Part shown: in pieces, positions 24,636 through 38,295 of the stretch | Numbering within the stretch: position 1 is the first letter of the stretch | How the letters are laid out: each line of letters starts with the position of its first letter | From: Somniosus microcephalus | Taxonomy: Eukaryota | NCBI GenBank assembly: GCA_052327205.1 | Contig: CM126224.1 | Span: 28,458,001-28,522,000, forward strand | Length of the DNA stretch: 64,000 nucleotides | Direction of reading: 5' to 3' | Notes under the pieces: model-generated | What the model was told of the DNA's origin: nothing | Database searches by the model: none | The model's input: the letters and a program-made list of their open reading frames with translations, nothing else | Made by a program: the position numbers and the translations under genes

Positions 24636-27600
24636 ATTCATTGGGGACAGTATCTTACTGGATGGAAATACCCTGCTACCCCTCCCCCCTCAGCTCTCCC
24701 TGGTATTTAACAGTCTGCCTTCAAAATTATCATGCGCCAGAATAATAAAGAACGCCCCAGTCTGATTTAATTAGATGCGAGTGTTATGATCTGGACAGTA
24801 ACGATTTGTCCTAACTGGGTAATTTGGTTAATCAGGGGAACCGTATGAACAAGTCGAAATCTTCTCAGCGTCAAACCTACAACTAAAAACGCGGCTTGAA
24901 AGGGAAAACGCCGCAACAAACTAAAATCGTTGAATTCATTTGAGAAACGCCGTTTCGGAGATTTGCAAGAGTAACTCCTGAATTTTTGCAGCGCGGATCA
25001 ACTGTTCACATAACAAGCATCCGAACTGTCCGACGATCCAATTCCTTCCATCTAATCCTTGCTGAGATATATTCAGCTGGGATTTATTACATTTGTACAA
25101 TGAGCAGACTTTAAAAAAAACTACTTTTAAGCCGAGTTTACAGTAGGCTGCAAGAAGCTCCTAATCAGACGTGGACTATTTCAGAATTTCCTTCCCAGAT
25201 CAAAAGGATTCAAGATGCTTAATGTATCCTCTCAAGGAAATATTATGTCGCTCTTTAAGTAAAGAATCCCTTTTTTTATTTGATGTGTTTCTGCACGTTT
25301 TCCTTTTTATGAGCGGAGTTATGAGGTTAGCTGCAGGGGGTATTCGTCTGCGGGAAATCTGTCTACAAATGAAATTTTTAGACGCAGAAGTGTTGCTGGA
25401 ATGCTCGGTGTATCCGCATTCTTAGTTAGAACAGCACACAACAGTATCGGATTACCCTGCCGGCTCGGCTTCCAGCTCAGGAGACCAGCTTTTTTAAAAA
25501 AAAAAGAAAACAACAAAACAGCAAAATGATGTTATTTCTCTTCCAACCCGGAAGGTTGCTGTTGTGTGTATTTGCATCATGTTTGTAAACGCACTGAGGC
25601 CAGTTAATGAAAATTCACCGATCCTTTTGTTCGTATGAAACATTTTAAAATGTTATAACATAAAACAAACTGCAGTCTGGGGATTCAATCTGATCTGAAT
25701 CTATCCATTCTTAGTTAAATAAGATTCCTGGAACTGTAGGGACACATTAACCCGAGTTTCAGTTTCGCTTTTTACATAATCGCAAATGGATATTCAACCC
25801 GGTTATATGCAAAGCAGACTTGCTTCGGTCCCAAACAGCTACATATAGAATAGGATTTCACTCTCATTTGTTTCACGGGTCCAAACATTGCTTTAACACT
25901 AAATGCTTTCACCTATAAAATAGTAAAAAGTATTTGAAACTTTGTGATCCGGTCATGAAAATAAACAGACAAAATAAATTTGACACGTATATTGTTACAC
26001 GTGTAACTGTTTGTGTTCATGTATATCTGAACTAGTTAGGCACTGTATGATGAAATGAAAGCTTAAAATCTGAAAGAAAGAAATAACTGGCACTCTTTAC
26101 AACGTCAAGATGTGTCCGATTAATTCTCTAACGCCATGAGAAGTTCAGTGAAGTATGGGAATAGATTGTAAAGATGGTCATTTAACATTCAACATTGTTT
26201 ACTGCAACTGATTTCGACATATGTAGGGCAGCAGAGGTTAGATAAACCTCAAAAATGCTTTTATTCTTGTCAGTATTGATGCTTATGTCATACACCCATG
26301 TTGAAATCGGTGTCTTTTTCATTACTGGTAATAATTGTCCATTCCTATTTTGAATTTATTTGTCTTTTTACCACTCTATGGTTCATTCTCCCACTTCTCA
26401 TTAAATTTAGCCACCTGCAGAAAATAAAAGCTTCCGTGTATCAGTCCTGCGACCAAAGGGTCGAGCTACATAGTGCCATTAATTAAAACTCAATTGAACA
26501 CTTAAATGTCGCGCTTGCCTCATGATCGGGAGAAGACAGCCAAAACATCTAAGGGTCCACACACATAAACGCTTTTAAACAAAATTAGAAAGTACACTTC
26601 ACACATTGAACCGGCCTTATTTCAAACGCACTTTAACATCTTTGCGCATCAACTCGAGTAGCAATTAGCCGGTCGTTTCATTAATTAACTATCCCTGGTA
26701 GTTGTTACTGAGGACAGACTATTACACCCCATTGCAGGAAGATGTGGAAAGAATATAGACTTACTCAATAATTCTCACACCGAGAAAGGGAGTGCGGCAA
26801 ATGACTGATACTCCGTTTTTAAATATATATATATCGCTGCTTTGAAGAGGATAATTCTTATCTCCAAACACGTCAACATCTTCCACAGGAAAGCAGATTA
26901 ATTAAGTGCCAGCTCAAACATAAAAAGGTGAAAGGTCAGTTATACGAGTTGATTGTGATTATGACCATTTTAGTACTGCCCATCTTCGCCACATGTTCCA
27001 ACGCCATTTAAGTGTTGTTTATACATGACCAGGGAGTGTTAAAATTGAAGGATTTGGTCAGTTTCACAAATTCAACCTGAAGACAACCAGGGGCGTATTT
27101 AACTCGTGGCTAATTTTTTTTTAGCAAGACTATCAGTGAATCGTTGGTTGGTTGGTTGGTTTTAACTTTCATGAAACTGACAAGTGCTGTTGGGACAGGA
27201 ATTCTGTTGCTGGAAGAAATGTCAGAGCCAGTTTAGAGCGGAGCGGGAAAGTATTTCAACAGGATAAAGTGTAACACAATGTACTGACCTCAGCGAAAAA
27301 AGTTTGAACTTAAAAGGATTGAAATCAAAGAGCTTTTAACTTAAGACGGTTATACTTTTATGGGACCTGGTAAAATATTCACGTCCGATAGAATCATATA
27401 TTCCATAACTTCACAGTTATTTTCATTTGTGCTGATCCATTTTACACCAATACAAGATGACAGAATATTTTGAAAGATGTCTTATCGCCACTCTCAGGTT
27501 ATATTTCAGTTTAGCGAAATAGTTATGTTTGCTGAGCTGTATAACACGAATTATAAGAACAGCTTTAAAGTTAATTATTTGTATAAGCCAGGGTGGGCCA

Positions 27601-29589
27601 TGTATTTAATCTCACAAGGCACAAACCATCTCGAGAAAATACATCGAGGCCCAACATTTTATTCTTATTCTTTAGATTAAACTATTAATTGAAATATATT
27701 CAGAACAATATACCATTTAATCAACTTTTATATTACCAAGCTTATAATCTGTTTGGGTCTTTCTAGATAACATTACCTCAGTTTAAAGTAAAGTTCCCTG
27801 AAATCTGAAATATTGGTAGATTTTTTTGGGGGTGGGGGCGGTTGAATCATTCGGGTTTGAGAAAGGTTAAGCATCATTGGAACTTTAAGTTCTCTGTAAA
27901 TTAAAGTACACTGCTTTCATTTCACAGATTTAAAATACCCCAGTGCAGTTCACGTTACTTCTTTTAATTAGAAAACCATTCGAAAAGACTAGGAACGCCC
28001 GTTGTTTGTACAAGAAACTCCGGACTCGTGTTTATTCATTTTGTTTAATAAGGAGTTGAAACAAGCACACCCACCACAGGAATCAATCTCTTAAATTGAC
28101 TTGTTCACACCTCTGACCACGTGCACTGTGAAATCGGCACTGTGACTTTTACTACAAGCCGCTGTTCTGGAAAGCAAATCATTTTTTTTTAATGGCCGAA
28201 ACGTCAACCCAATAGTTCATTTAGTCCGCTCAAATATCCGTTTAAGGCAGACAGAGATGTTACAGGGAGCACCGGCGGACCCTGTTGTCAGCTGCATTCT
28301 GTGTTGGGAGATGTCTGGTCAGCTGACGACGTCTGATCCTGGATGTGAACACAGTCTGTTGTAGTAACTGGTCCCTGTTGTACAACAGATTAATCATTAA
28401 TTCAGCCTGACTGACATCTGTTGACCAGTTGTTACCTCTCTACCCTAACAAGGCGACTGGACTGATAAAACAGTTCAAGCATATTGGACTTTACAATCAT
28501 TAGTTACTTTAGTTAATCAATTGAGAAGACCTAACCGGTCAAGCCATTAATACCCAGTAAACCAGAATAATTAATACTGTCTGTTAACATTGCGAGGGTG
28601 ATATGGGGTCAACTGTACCGAACACAACTGTGCCAATGATAGATTTAAGTTTGGACGCTAGCCAATGGGAAGCTATAGGTAAACCATGGAATTAGACACA
28701 AGGGATTTGTGCAAAACTCAATACATCCATTGCAATAGATGGAATAACATTGGAATATAAAGTAGATCTGGATCGTTTTAATTTTAAAAAGATACAAATC
28801 TCGATTTAATTTTATAGCAAACATTGAGAGGAAAGGAACAAATATTTAGAAGCCAACTCCTCAATTGCAGATTGACGGGGGTAAACCCTTTATCGAATAC
28901 TAAGAACTGGCGAGCAGTGTGAGTTCTAAAAGTGTTCAGTGAAGGAAGTCGCTTTGTAAACATTTGTGCTCCGTAATTTGCATCAGGACACCTAGTTTAA
29001 TCAGTGCTCTGCACCTGCGGCCCACTTGTTCTGGTAAAACGTGTCCTTTATTTTTTTTCTTGTTAACATGTCCTTTATTACGTTCCGCGACTTTTCTCCC
29101 CTTTTGCAAGTAAACTCAATACTAATTCAAATTAAAAGTTACTTTCTCAATATTTAGACATATACATGTTGTGTGATGCGGTTCAGCACCTGCTTTTTAA
29201 ATCGTCATATATCCAATGTTTTTAACATTCCTGATTTTGGAGATATGTTGGTATTGGTGCCGATGCCAATCGATGGGTCACTGTTAGATTATTTTGTTAG
29301 GTTAGCCTGCTTGGTAATGCTCATAACCCACTAAAATGTGTGAAAAAAGCACGTGTGAAATGTTTGTTTGTGTGAAGGTGTGGGAAGGGGCGGAATGTTA
29401 CATACAGACTTTCTGGTACCCAGCCAAAGCCAATAGCCTTTCACTGACTATGGTTTTATATTAATACCACAATTAAACCATTACTCGGTGGAGAGGTTCA
29501 TAATACGAAGGCCAACTTTCTGACTGATTAACTGCTTCACAATCTTATTTGATAATTCATGACGTTGAATAGTATCTTTCCAATCCATC

Positions 29590-30230
29590 AAAACGCGAGT
29601 GCAAGCTGTCAGCATTGATGAGTCTTATACTGTCTGATAATATGATCTATGCTGTACACTTTAGTTGTGACATCAATTCATTCCGTACTTGATTCATTAA
29701 TGCAGTCTATAGATCAATCTGCAGTTTGGGTTAGCTATCTAGTAAACAGGCCTTCTTGCATCCAATATATTTCAAACCTCTTGTTCTAATCGTTTACGAA
29801 AACCATTGTCTATTTATTAGTAAAATTAGGATTGTGATGCTTATGTCCATTTCATTGAACAAACTGAAAACTGCAATAAACCCACATCCTAAACGTGTAA
29901 CAACCTTCTACTGAAGGTGACAGAGATAAGTACACCCCTCGGGTTCCTGTATTTTGTAAATAATATGTAATCCTTTGTAAGGATCATTGAAAACACACTG
30001 GAACGGGCAGATACAGTGATTAGTGCAATTTTCAATGACAACTAATATACGATGGAAACTTGACAAACACACTTCTAGCTTGTCAATTTGGCCCTTGATT
30101 CCAAACTTGTATTGAACGATGGACTGGCATTTGCAGAAACTGAGCATGCGGGAGAAAGTTAGTACTGCAGTGAAGATAAAGCCAATGATCGGATCGTACA
30201 CTTGACATGTTTATCAAATTAACTATCACC
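29590..30230 (-). mobile_element. Very ancient CR1/L2-group reverse-transcriptase fossil
   Basis: Minus-strand remnants AVLTFSRM (LDFSKAF-like), KFGIKG (YGIxG-like), RILVVIEN (RQRVVING-like) and KLQIDL...KC occur in the expected RT order. Confidence 0.45.
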
Positions 30231-33200
30231 CTAGTCTGTAACACACTGTGAGATGCTACTGGACACAAACTGCCCTGGATCCGTTCTGCCTTTCCAGGGC
30301 TGCAATGTTATCCAATAATCCGTGAAATTAACACGTTTGTCCGTTACATAGCCCACAACCTGCAAGCAATTGTATCGCATGACTGATGTATAACTTACAT
30401 CAAGAAAGAAAACTGTCGTTTACTTCCTATTTTACTTTATATCCTGTAGGACGTCACAAAGTTAAAGTGAATAGTCCGCTTTGTTTATTCTAACTAGCTT
30501 AACCAATGCTATTGAGTGTTATTGTGAGTGAAACTGAATATCCCACTGGGAAGAGTAAAATGTTCTCACAGTGTTCAGGCTAGTTTAGAATTTCTTAATG
30601 ATATGAAACACAGGCTTATGGAGTTAGAATAGGGTTGTTACAAAACCAGGGTGCAAGTTCAGAGGAGCTTGCAACAAGATGATGTCCTCTTTGAAAGACT
30701 TTTTACAAACTTGTCAACAAAATGAATTGTCCACAATCTGGTCTTAGATTGCATATTGCCAAGTTTAGCTACGATATCAGTTTCAGCTTGTTTTATATCC
30801 AATAGTACAACATTATATATCAGACTTAGCTCTTAACAATTACAAATGTCTTAACATCCCAAAATGTTACAAAACGCAGTAACAACAGACAGTTGCGTGT
30901 CCCTTAAACTAACAGTTTTATGATTTGTGTTAAACAATGGAAGGCAAACTCTTTCAGTATTTTGTATAGACAGATTATTTCAGAGCTCTGTGTGGCTACG
31001 TTTAAAACTTTACCCATCGCCATTTCATAATTTGGGATAAAATAATCACAGCAGATCGCAGTATGCATAACTTTCTTTTATTTTCACATAGATTTCACCA
31101 GATCTCTTGTCCAGGAGGAGATATAAAGCAGCGCACAATCTATGAAACAGTTCGGTTTCCAATTTTTATTAACATTCCGACAACACTTAGTTATTGAATC
31201 AAAGCTAACAAATTTAACGTAAATATATCACAGGAGGCGGACATTGAAAATTCGAGCTAAGGATTGAGCTTTGCTGGTAAGTGGAACCACACGAAGGAGG
31301 CAATGCAATCTGATATGTCCTGACAGTGTATCTGCCAATGCTAATACGGGAAAGCGCTATAGCAGTAAGTCAAACTATCTGGAAGCGACATTTGGATAAT
31401 TAGCCACCATTGAACGGTCAATCAAGCGAGCAGAAAAACAGGACAAAAACCCACAGTGGAGTTGCAAAACAAAAGAAACCTCAACCATGCACAGGATTAA
31501 CCGTTCTAAAGCGATCTAAATGCTTTTGTATTTGAAAGGGCCGGTCCCCACTATACCGCCGGTAAGCTAATTGTAGATTGACACGGGTTTAAACTACCTT
31601 TTTCATTTTTTTTAAGTCACGCCAAACGGATCTATCACAACTCGAGTAATACATCGAATCGCATCTTTCACTCTAATTTTTGTACAGCGTCCATTTCTGC
31701 CCTAATGGAAAAGTGCACATAATACATTTAAATCAAATATTAACAACGCAACGGTCGGCTTTACCCTTAAATGCTGCATGCCTACATTTTGGGGCAATTA
31801 CAATCACTATTTATAATTTCCCATCGATCTGTCTCTTTAAGTCTACTTCATGTTGATAAGGATTAAAATCAATAACCTTAAAGCGTCCACGGATCTACAT
31901 AATAAAACAGCAACTGCTTAAAGATCGGCCTCGTCCTACACGGACCCCATGCAAATTAAAACATGCAGAATGCTTAATTGAATAAATACATATTTAATAC
32001 ATGCACATTCTATCAGGGCATCATAACGTCTAGATGTTGGTTTATACATTATACATCATTCTTATACACAGGATGTCTGCAGGCGTGTATGAAATATGAT
32101 ATTGCAACATTCACAAACGATTAATGCATCAACCAAGCATAAATTAATCACTGGTGCTAAATCTTCACACTCTAATAAATTTGCAGTTGACTCGAATAAC
32201 ATCACGCCACTATTGGATAAATGATGCCTTACCGCCAGCCAGTCTCGTCCTCTGCAGAGAGGTTTCCAGACTTGCCTCCTTACAGGACTGTAACCTGGTT
32301 GTTTATGAACACTCGGACTATCTGTTGTTCGATCTCCACTAACCCAGACGAAACACCATATACAGCTGTGATCTAGAGCCTCACTCCCTTTATAATCATT
32401 GTGTATAACTGACCTCTGACCCATCTGCATCGTCAAACTCCTTGGTTGCATCAATTCTTCATCCATTTTTGAACTTTATAAAGTAGGATCGGATGACTTC
32501 TCCTGTTAAAAATCTGTGACAAGTCAATCACGTTTGATCATGATCTGATAACGCCAATGACAACACACCTCACACTCGTCAGTTTTTAGATCATAGCATG
32601 CACGGTAAACGTGTTCCGTTCAATGCTGCCGATTTATATGACAACAGTGAGAGAAACGCTTTATAATCAATTGTAATTAATCCTAAAGACTAGCAACACC
32701 TTTGACGAGCTTCGCGTAGTTTAACAGAAATACCCTCATGATAACGGGGACAGGGTGTTTAAAACGTTAATGGTGTTGATTTAAAGAGTACCTCTTTTAG
32801 ACTAATTGTTGCATCGCCAGACTGTCTCGGGATTGCAAGAGACCCCATGCACCGCCCGTTTAATAAGTTCAAGACATGCCCTTTACCTTTGTTTCCCTTA
32901 GTCTTACTCAGTGGAAATAAAATCCTTCCGATGAAGTGCTATACCGGAAACGAATAACTACTTCCACGTCGGTTGCGTCTATTAACAGGAAAAATCCTGT
33001 TCGCCCCATTATAACAAATGGTTTTTATTACCTTTTTATAGCCAGCCACCTCATCTAGCAAAGCCTATTGAAAACCAAGCACATGTCCTTTATAACGGCA
33101 ATAACCTGAGGACAGACATGGAGTGGTTAGCGGAAAAATATATAGTCTTTGCTTTAAAAAGGATTTACAAACTTGCAGTTGTGAGTTGAACTGGTGGAAC

Positions 33201-36200
33201 TGGCTGCAGGAGAACAGCTGGCGGTGTATTTAACCATGCGTGGAGGGGCGAAGACAGAAAGAAGGAATAACTGTTGATAGAAGAAACGGCTGATTATTAT
33301 GACTATAAATGCGCGGTACAAGATGGACAAATGGCGGCTCCTTTGGGGTTTTGTAATTGGTATTGATTCTTAATCTTGTAACAGTTTTAATTTTATTTAC
33401 GCAGTTAGTTTAGAGATTATTTTCTGCTAGGCGAATCGTTTTAAATGCATCCTGTCACAAGCCACATTTTCAGAATGTAAATGAACGCTTCATGTGTCCC
33501 GTTATCCCACCTAGCCTTTCCCAAAGTTCTGTGAAGTGTCATTATTTTGAAAACAGTCTTTTTGGAGGTGACAAGAATGGTAAGCACGCACTTCATTTAC
33601 ATCATTCATATTACATGAACCCACTTAAAGTCCCAACGTATGACAGCGCTCTTTTGCTGTAGCACTAATGTAAGAGAGGCAGTTCAATGCTCAGACTGTT
33701 TTACCTGCATCCATCCCAGGTTTGTATATATGATGTAGCAGGACTAGCCGGTTTAAATTACCACTGGTCCGCCTGTGCGGGAGCTGATGACCCTGAATCC
33801 TTCACATGATATATTAAAAATGACATTATGATGATTGACACGTTCAGGGACACTCGCTCTAAATGTATATACTGCAAAAACAGTACATCATTTAATACCT
33901 TTGTACCTCTAGCCTAAAATATATGCCAATATTCATATAACTAAATGACTATGCATGTAGCTTTAATGAATTTAAAACAGATACACTAACATTATATCGA
34001 TACAATTGTAAAACTAGTTTTATATGTCATATATTGGAGCGGCGTTTTAAACCCAAAATATATTCCCGAATTATTTAACAATAGCCTGTTTAAAGAGGAC
34101 TATTTTATTTCCTGGGCTTGTTTTCCTCCTTTGCAACATTCCTTTAAACGCTTCTCGTAGTGACGATTTGAAATTACAGACAGAATTATACTAATAAAAC
34201 GTAACATTTGCCGTTTGTTGAATTTTTTAATTTATACAACACATAATCGCTGTTGTCCTGCATTTAATTGGACTTACAATTGCCAATAGCGAGATGTTAA
34301 TCAAAATAAATTGGTGTTAAACAGTAAATCATTAAATCTGTATTGCAATGTAAGTGTAACTAATGTGTTTTGACTTAAAGCAACTGAATGCAAATAATGA
34401 ATCTGTCACTGAAGATGTGCTCATTAAATAAAGCTCGGTGCACCAGGGTCCGTCAGATAGAAATTACATCGTCACGTGTGGTTGGGGGCGGGGGGGGGGG
34501 GGGGTTGTACTTAACATAAGGATATATAAAAAGGAAAAAGTCAGGGTAGACGTGAAGAAAAGAGAACTGCGGAAAATAAGATAAATTATTTCTTAAAAGA
34601 AAATTGGAGTATCAGCATATAAACTACAGGGAGCTTTTTCATATTGACACCCACACCTGAAATTGCATTAAACCTAATAGTCGATGCCAAAATAGAATCA
34701 CTCGGCCAGTATTTTGAATTGTTTTTGCTTACTGAAAGTCTTGGATACTAAAGAAATCGTCTGCAGCAATATGAATACATTATCAGCTGTTGTTATAGGC
34801 CAGGTCGGAGCCAGTCAGTGACCGCCCAGTCCTAAAATCTCTGCACAATGCCAACAAGAGGGGACTTTATCTACACACGTTTCCCCGAAACCTATATAGC
34901 ACTTTGACAAATATTGGGGGGAGGAGGAGTTCTTTTATAAATTAAATATCATGACCTGAGAACCTTGATGATTGAAATTACGCCGAGGTCTCCAGATGTT
35001 TCTGTGTTTCCCTTTTGACAGTTACATTGTCACCAGTAGGACCAAAACAAATCCCGGATTCTGACCTGAATTTAAAGCCAAATCTACAGAACAGAATGAA
35101 GCGGCAGCAATCTGTTTTGCCAGCGGATCCTAGAGGATTTTATTCCCGCGTTCTCAGATTCTGAGTTTGTACACTAATGTCGATCTTGAACAATTAAATG
35201 TGCCAAAACATAATTCAACCGTCCTCATTTAACAATCGACCCTAAAATCTGTAATTCTGTTTGTCAATGTCGTCCTCTGCTCTTTACTACCGATCTCCAT
35301 CCATCAATCTTTTTTCTGTCAGTTTTTCAATAACCGGTCAATATCTACCTATGTGTTGCCAAGTGCCACACGTACCATGATCTTACCCTGGACTAACGAA
35401 TCATTTGTAACTGCTTCTAAGTCTAAGTTTACAACTGACGACTCATGAGGATAACGCGTTATTCTTCACAAACGCTGGACTTTGGTACTTCTTAACGTGA
35501 ATTTCTGAAGACAATTAGCTTGCTCGATTTTGAGAGGAGGTCTGTCATATAATTTGTTGGGAACTTGTTGATACTTAAACTGTAAACGATCCTCTTGATA
35601 ACTAGTGCTCCTTCAGATTAGCAATATTATACAGAAACAACAAATAAATGAATTCAACTTTCTACTTTGTTACTCATATAGACGCTCTTATCCGTGGTAA
35701 AACCGTTGAAGTCCACTTTATGGGATGCACCAACTGAAGCTGGACTGTAACTCTTATATGATCAATTTGCGTTTAATGTACAACCTTGCAAACATTGATT
35801 TGACATGTTAAATGTTGTCCTTTGTGTATTATTACTACAGACTAGAAAGGAAACTGAATAGTCCTGGCTGACAGTCCCACTTACTCATTTTTCTCACTGT
35901 TAGGACAAAACAATATTCTTACATTTCCATCATTTATTTATATTCCCCATTCACTCCCTTAATCTGTTTCAGTCCCTACCTTTCTACATTATCTTTGTAC
36001 TTCATTAAATTCTCGTTATTTCTGTCTATGTTTTTTTGTTTTACAACTTCAGTATTTTAGTTCTATCCCCTCTCTGCTTTCGCTCCTTTTCTCATTATCT
36101 ACTACACTTCCATAATTTCATTGTTTCTTTGCTTATTTCTTCAACGGCTCTTTTTCCTGCATTAAAATATCCTTTCCCCCTCTGTTCCCCGTGTGCCACT

Positions 36201-37049
36201 GGCTCTTCCCCATTGACGGGGTTAGCGGTTGATTGCTCTTTACCCACTACCAAACATGATCCTTGATATGTACAGGATATGCCTGTAAGGCGCACCGAGC
36301 GAAAACCCAAATCACTCCGGTTCAGGTCAGATGGAGAAATAGCACAGTGATTTAAGCGACATGCTCGATTGTGTAAGTTGGTTGTCAACCATGGCACCAT
36401 CAGCACAAATAAAATTTCTAAAATTGGGACTCAATTCCTCTCATAAACTCCATCTCTATCTGTTATAACTCGTAGCTGCAACGTTCTTTTCCAAAATGTA
36501 CACACCTGGCATTAGTGAACCACACTGGCCTTGTTGTCACTCTTTATGGTGTCACCTCAACCCTTCGATGTGTTAATGGCTCTCTGCAACTAATCTTATT
36601 CTGGTTCCGGAAAATGCATCAAATTAAATTGATTTTAAGATTTAAAAAAAAATAATTTTGTATTAGCCGAAATGTAACCAGCCACTTGGTCGGCCAGAGG
36701 AATAACCTGGTCAACACCTCCACGTGTTAACTCGAGGAAGACTGGCACTCTGGGTGGAGAGTTGTGCATGCCAGCCCATGTTCTACCACAGTGTTTTTCT
36801 CGTCACCCGTTGTTCTGTTGCACCGTTTTACTTTTACAGTCCCTATAATTTCCCAAATTGGTTCATCTGTCGCGAGTCACTCGATTCCCCCGGCCCTCTT
36901 CAACTCCTGAGGTTGCCCCAATGTTTTTACAATTGTAGTCTTGTTAGTTCTCAGCTGTGCCTACAAGATCTCAATTTTTTGGGATTCCATTTTCATTTTA
37001 CCGCTCCTTTCCCTAAGATGGTGACTTGTACTGAAGTGTAGTTCCCTCC

Positions 37050-37292
37050 TGTTTCTCACCAATTCACAAGGAAGTCAGCAGGCTATGCGGTTGGATGTTG
37101 GAGGTGGCATCACAGTCAAGCTCCCTCTTACATCTTTCTCTGCACTTTCAAAACCAGAAGCAGGAGCCCTGGCTGATTTTTCCCCATCGCTTGCCCGGGA
37201 ATGCCAATTATTGTAGCTGAGAACAGGGATCATATCCCGAACCATTTTTGGTTTAAATGGCTCATTGTCCCACCAAACAGCATACCCGCGGA
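37050..37292 (-). mobile_element. Shark SINE-like fragment
   Basis: Similar to the element at 20-290 ('ccctggctgatttttcccc', 'atggctca'). Confidence 0.5.
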
Positions 37293-37299
37293 GCCCTAA

Positions 37300-37506
37300 T
37301 CTCCCATTAATCAACATAACAAAAAACAGATTATCTAGTCATTATCACATTGCTGTTTGTGGGAGCTTGCTGTGCGCAAAGTGGCTGCAGCGTTTCCCAC
37401 ATTACAACAGTGACTACACTTTAAAAAGTACTTCATTGGCTGTAAAACGTTTTGAGACGTCCGGTGGTCGTGAAAGGCGCTATATAAATGCAAGTCTTTC
37501 TTTCTT
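37300..37506 (+). mobile_element. DeuSINE (SacSINE1-like) 3' half with L2-type tail
   Basis: 'ttgctgtgcgcaaagtggctgcagcgtttcccacattacaacagtgactacac...gaaaggcgctatataaatgcaagtctttc'. Confidence 0.85.
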
Positions 37507-37620
37507 ATTTCTATCCTCTTCATTGGATTGCTGCCCATAGTCAAGCTCTCGTTCCTAAATTCGCAGAATGAACATAGACCCATGTGGATAGTGCTGAGAG
37601 GTGAAGGAAGGAGGGGGGGG

Positions 37621-38295
37621 GGGGGGAAATTCAGTATCGCCCCATTTGCAAGGGCGCCATTATCGGCCGTGCACAAAGTTTAGCGCCTGGCGCTAATTAT
37701 CGCCTCCGATGGCAAACTTGGCTTTTATCGCCCCTGGAGGTGATTGGAGCGCTAAATCAGGCGCTTCACACCTGTCTTAAGGCACAAAGTCCGAGGAGCG
37801 AGACGCTACCTCAGAGCGCTGGCGAAGCAAGGAAGTGCATATCAAAATGAACCTGCAAAGTGCTGGTCAGTACTCAAAACTCCTTCACACAGCATTGAAT
37901 CTCTCCAGAAGTCTCTCTCTCTCTCTCAGAATGAGTGGTGCACAAATGTCACCAACAAAAAAAGGCAGGAAGTGGTCGCCTTTAAATAGCGCTCCCCCAG
38001 TCCCTTTCTGACTGCAAAACGCTCCCCTCAACCTGTCGTTGCCAGCGGCAGGTGGTAAGGCAGGGGGCACCACTCAATATCCGGTCCGGGGCGCTACTGG
38101 GGTGTTGCGCACTCGACTGACGTCACGATCTGCCGGTGCAAGAGATCGTGGCGGCAGTGTTTAGCGCTGCCGCAAAATGTCTAGTTAATTTCACAAGCGG
38201 CGCAAACATCGCCGCGCCCGGGCGCTAGTTGCTTTGCGCCCCATTAGTGCCCTCTTAAGGCGTTAACGGGAGGCGCAAACAACTGAATTCCCCCC
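37621..38295. mobile_element. GC/CpG-rich PIF/Harbinger-like MITE
   Basis: Ends ggggggaaattcagt and actgaattcccccc. Subterminal '(t)agcgcc/ggcgct(a)' motifs repeat in both orientations. Exact ends are blurred by poly-G/poly-C. Confidence 0.7.
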
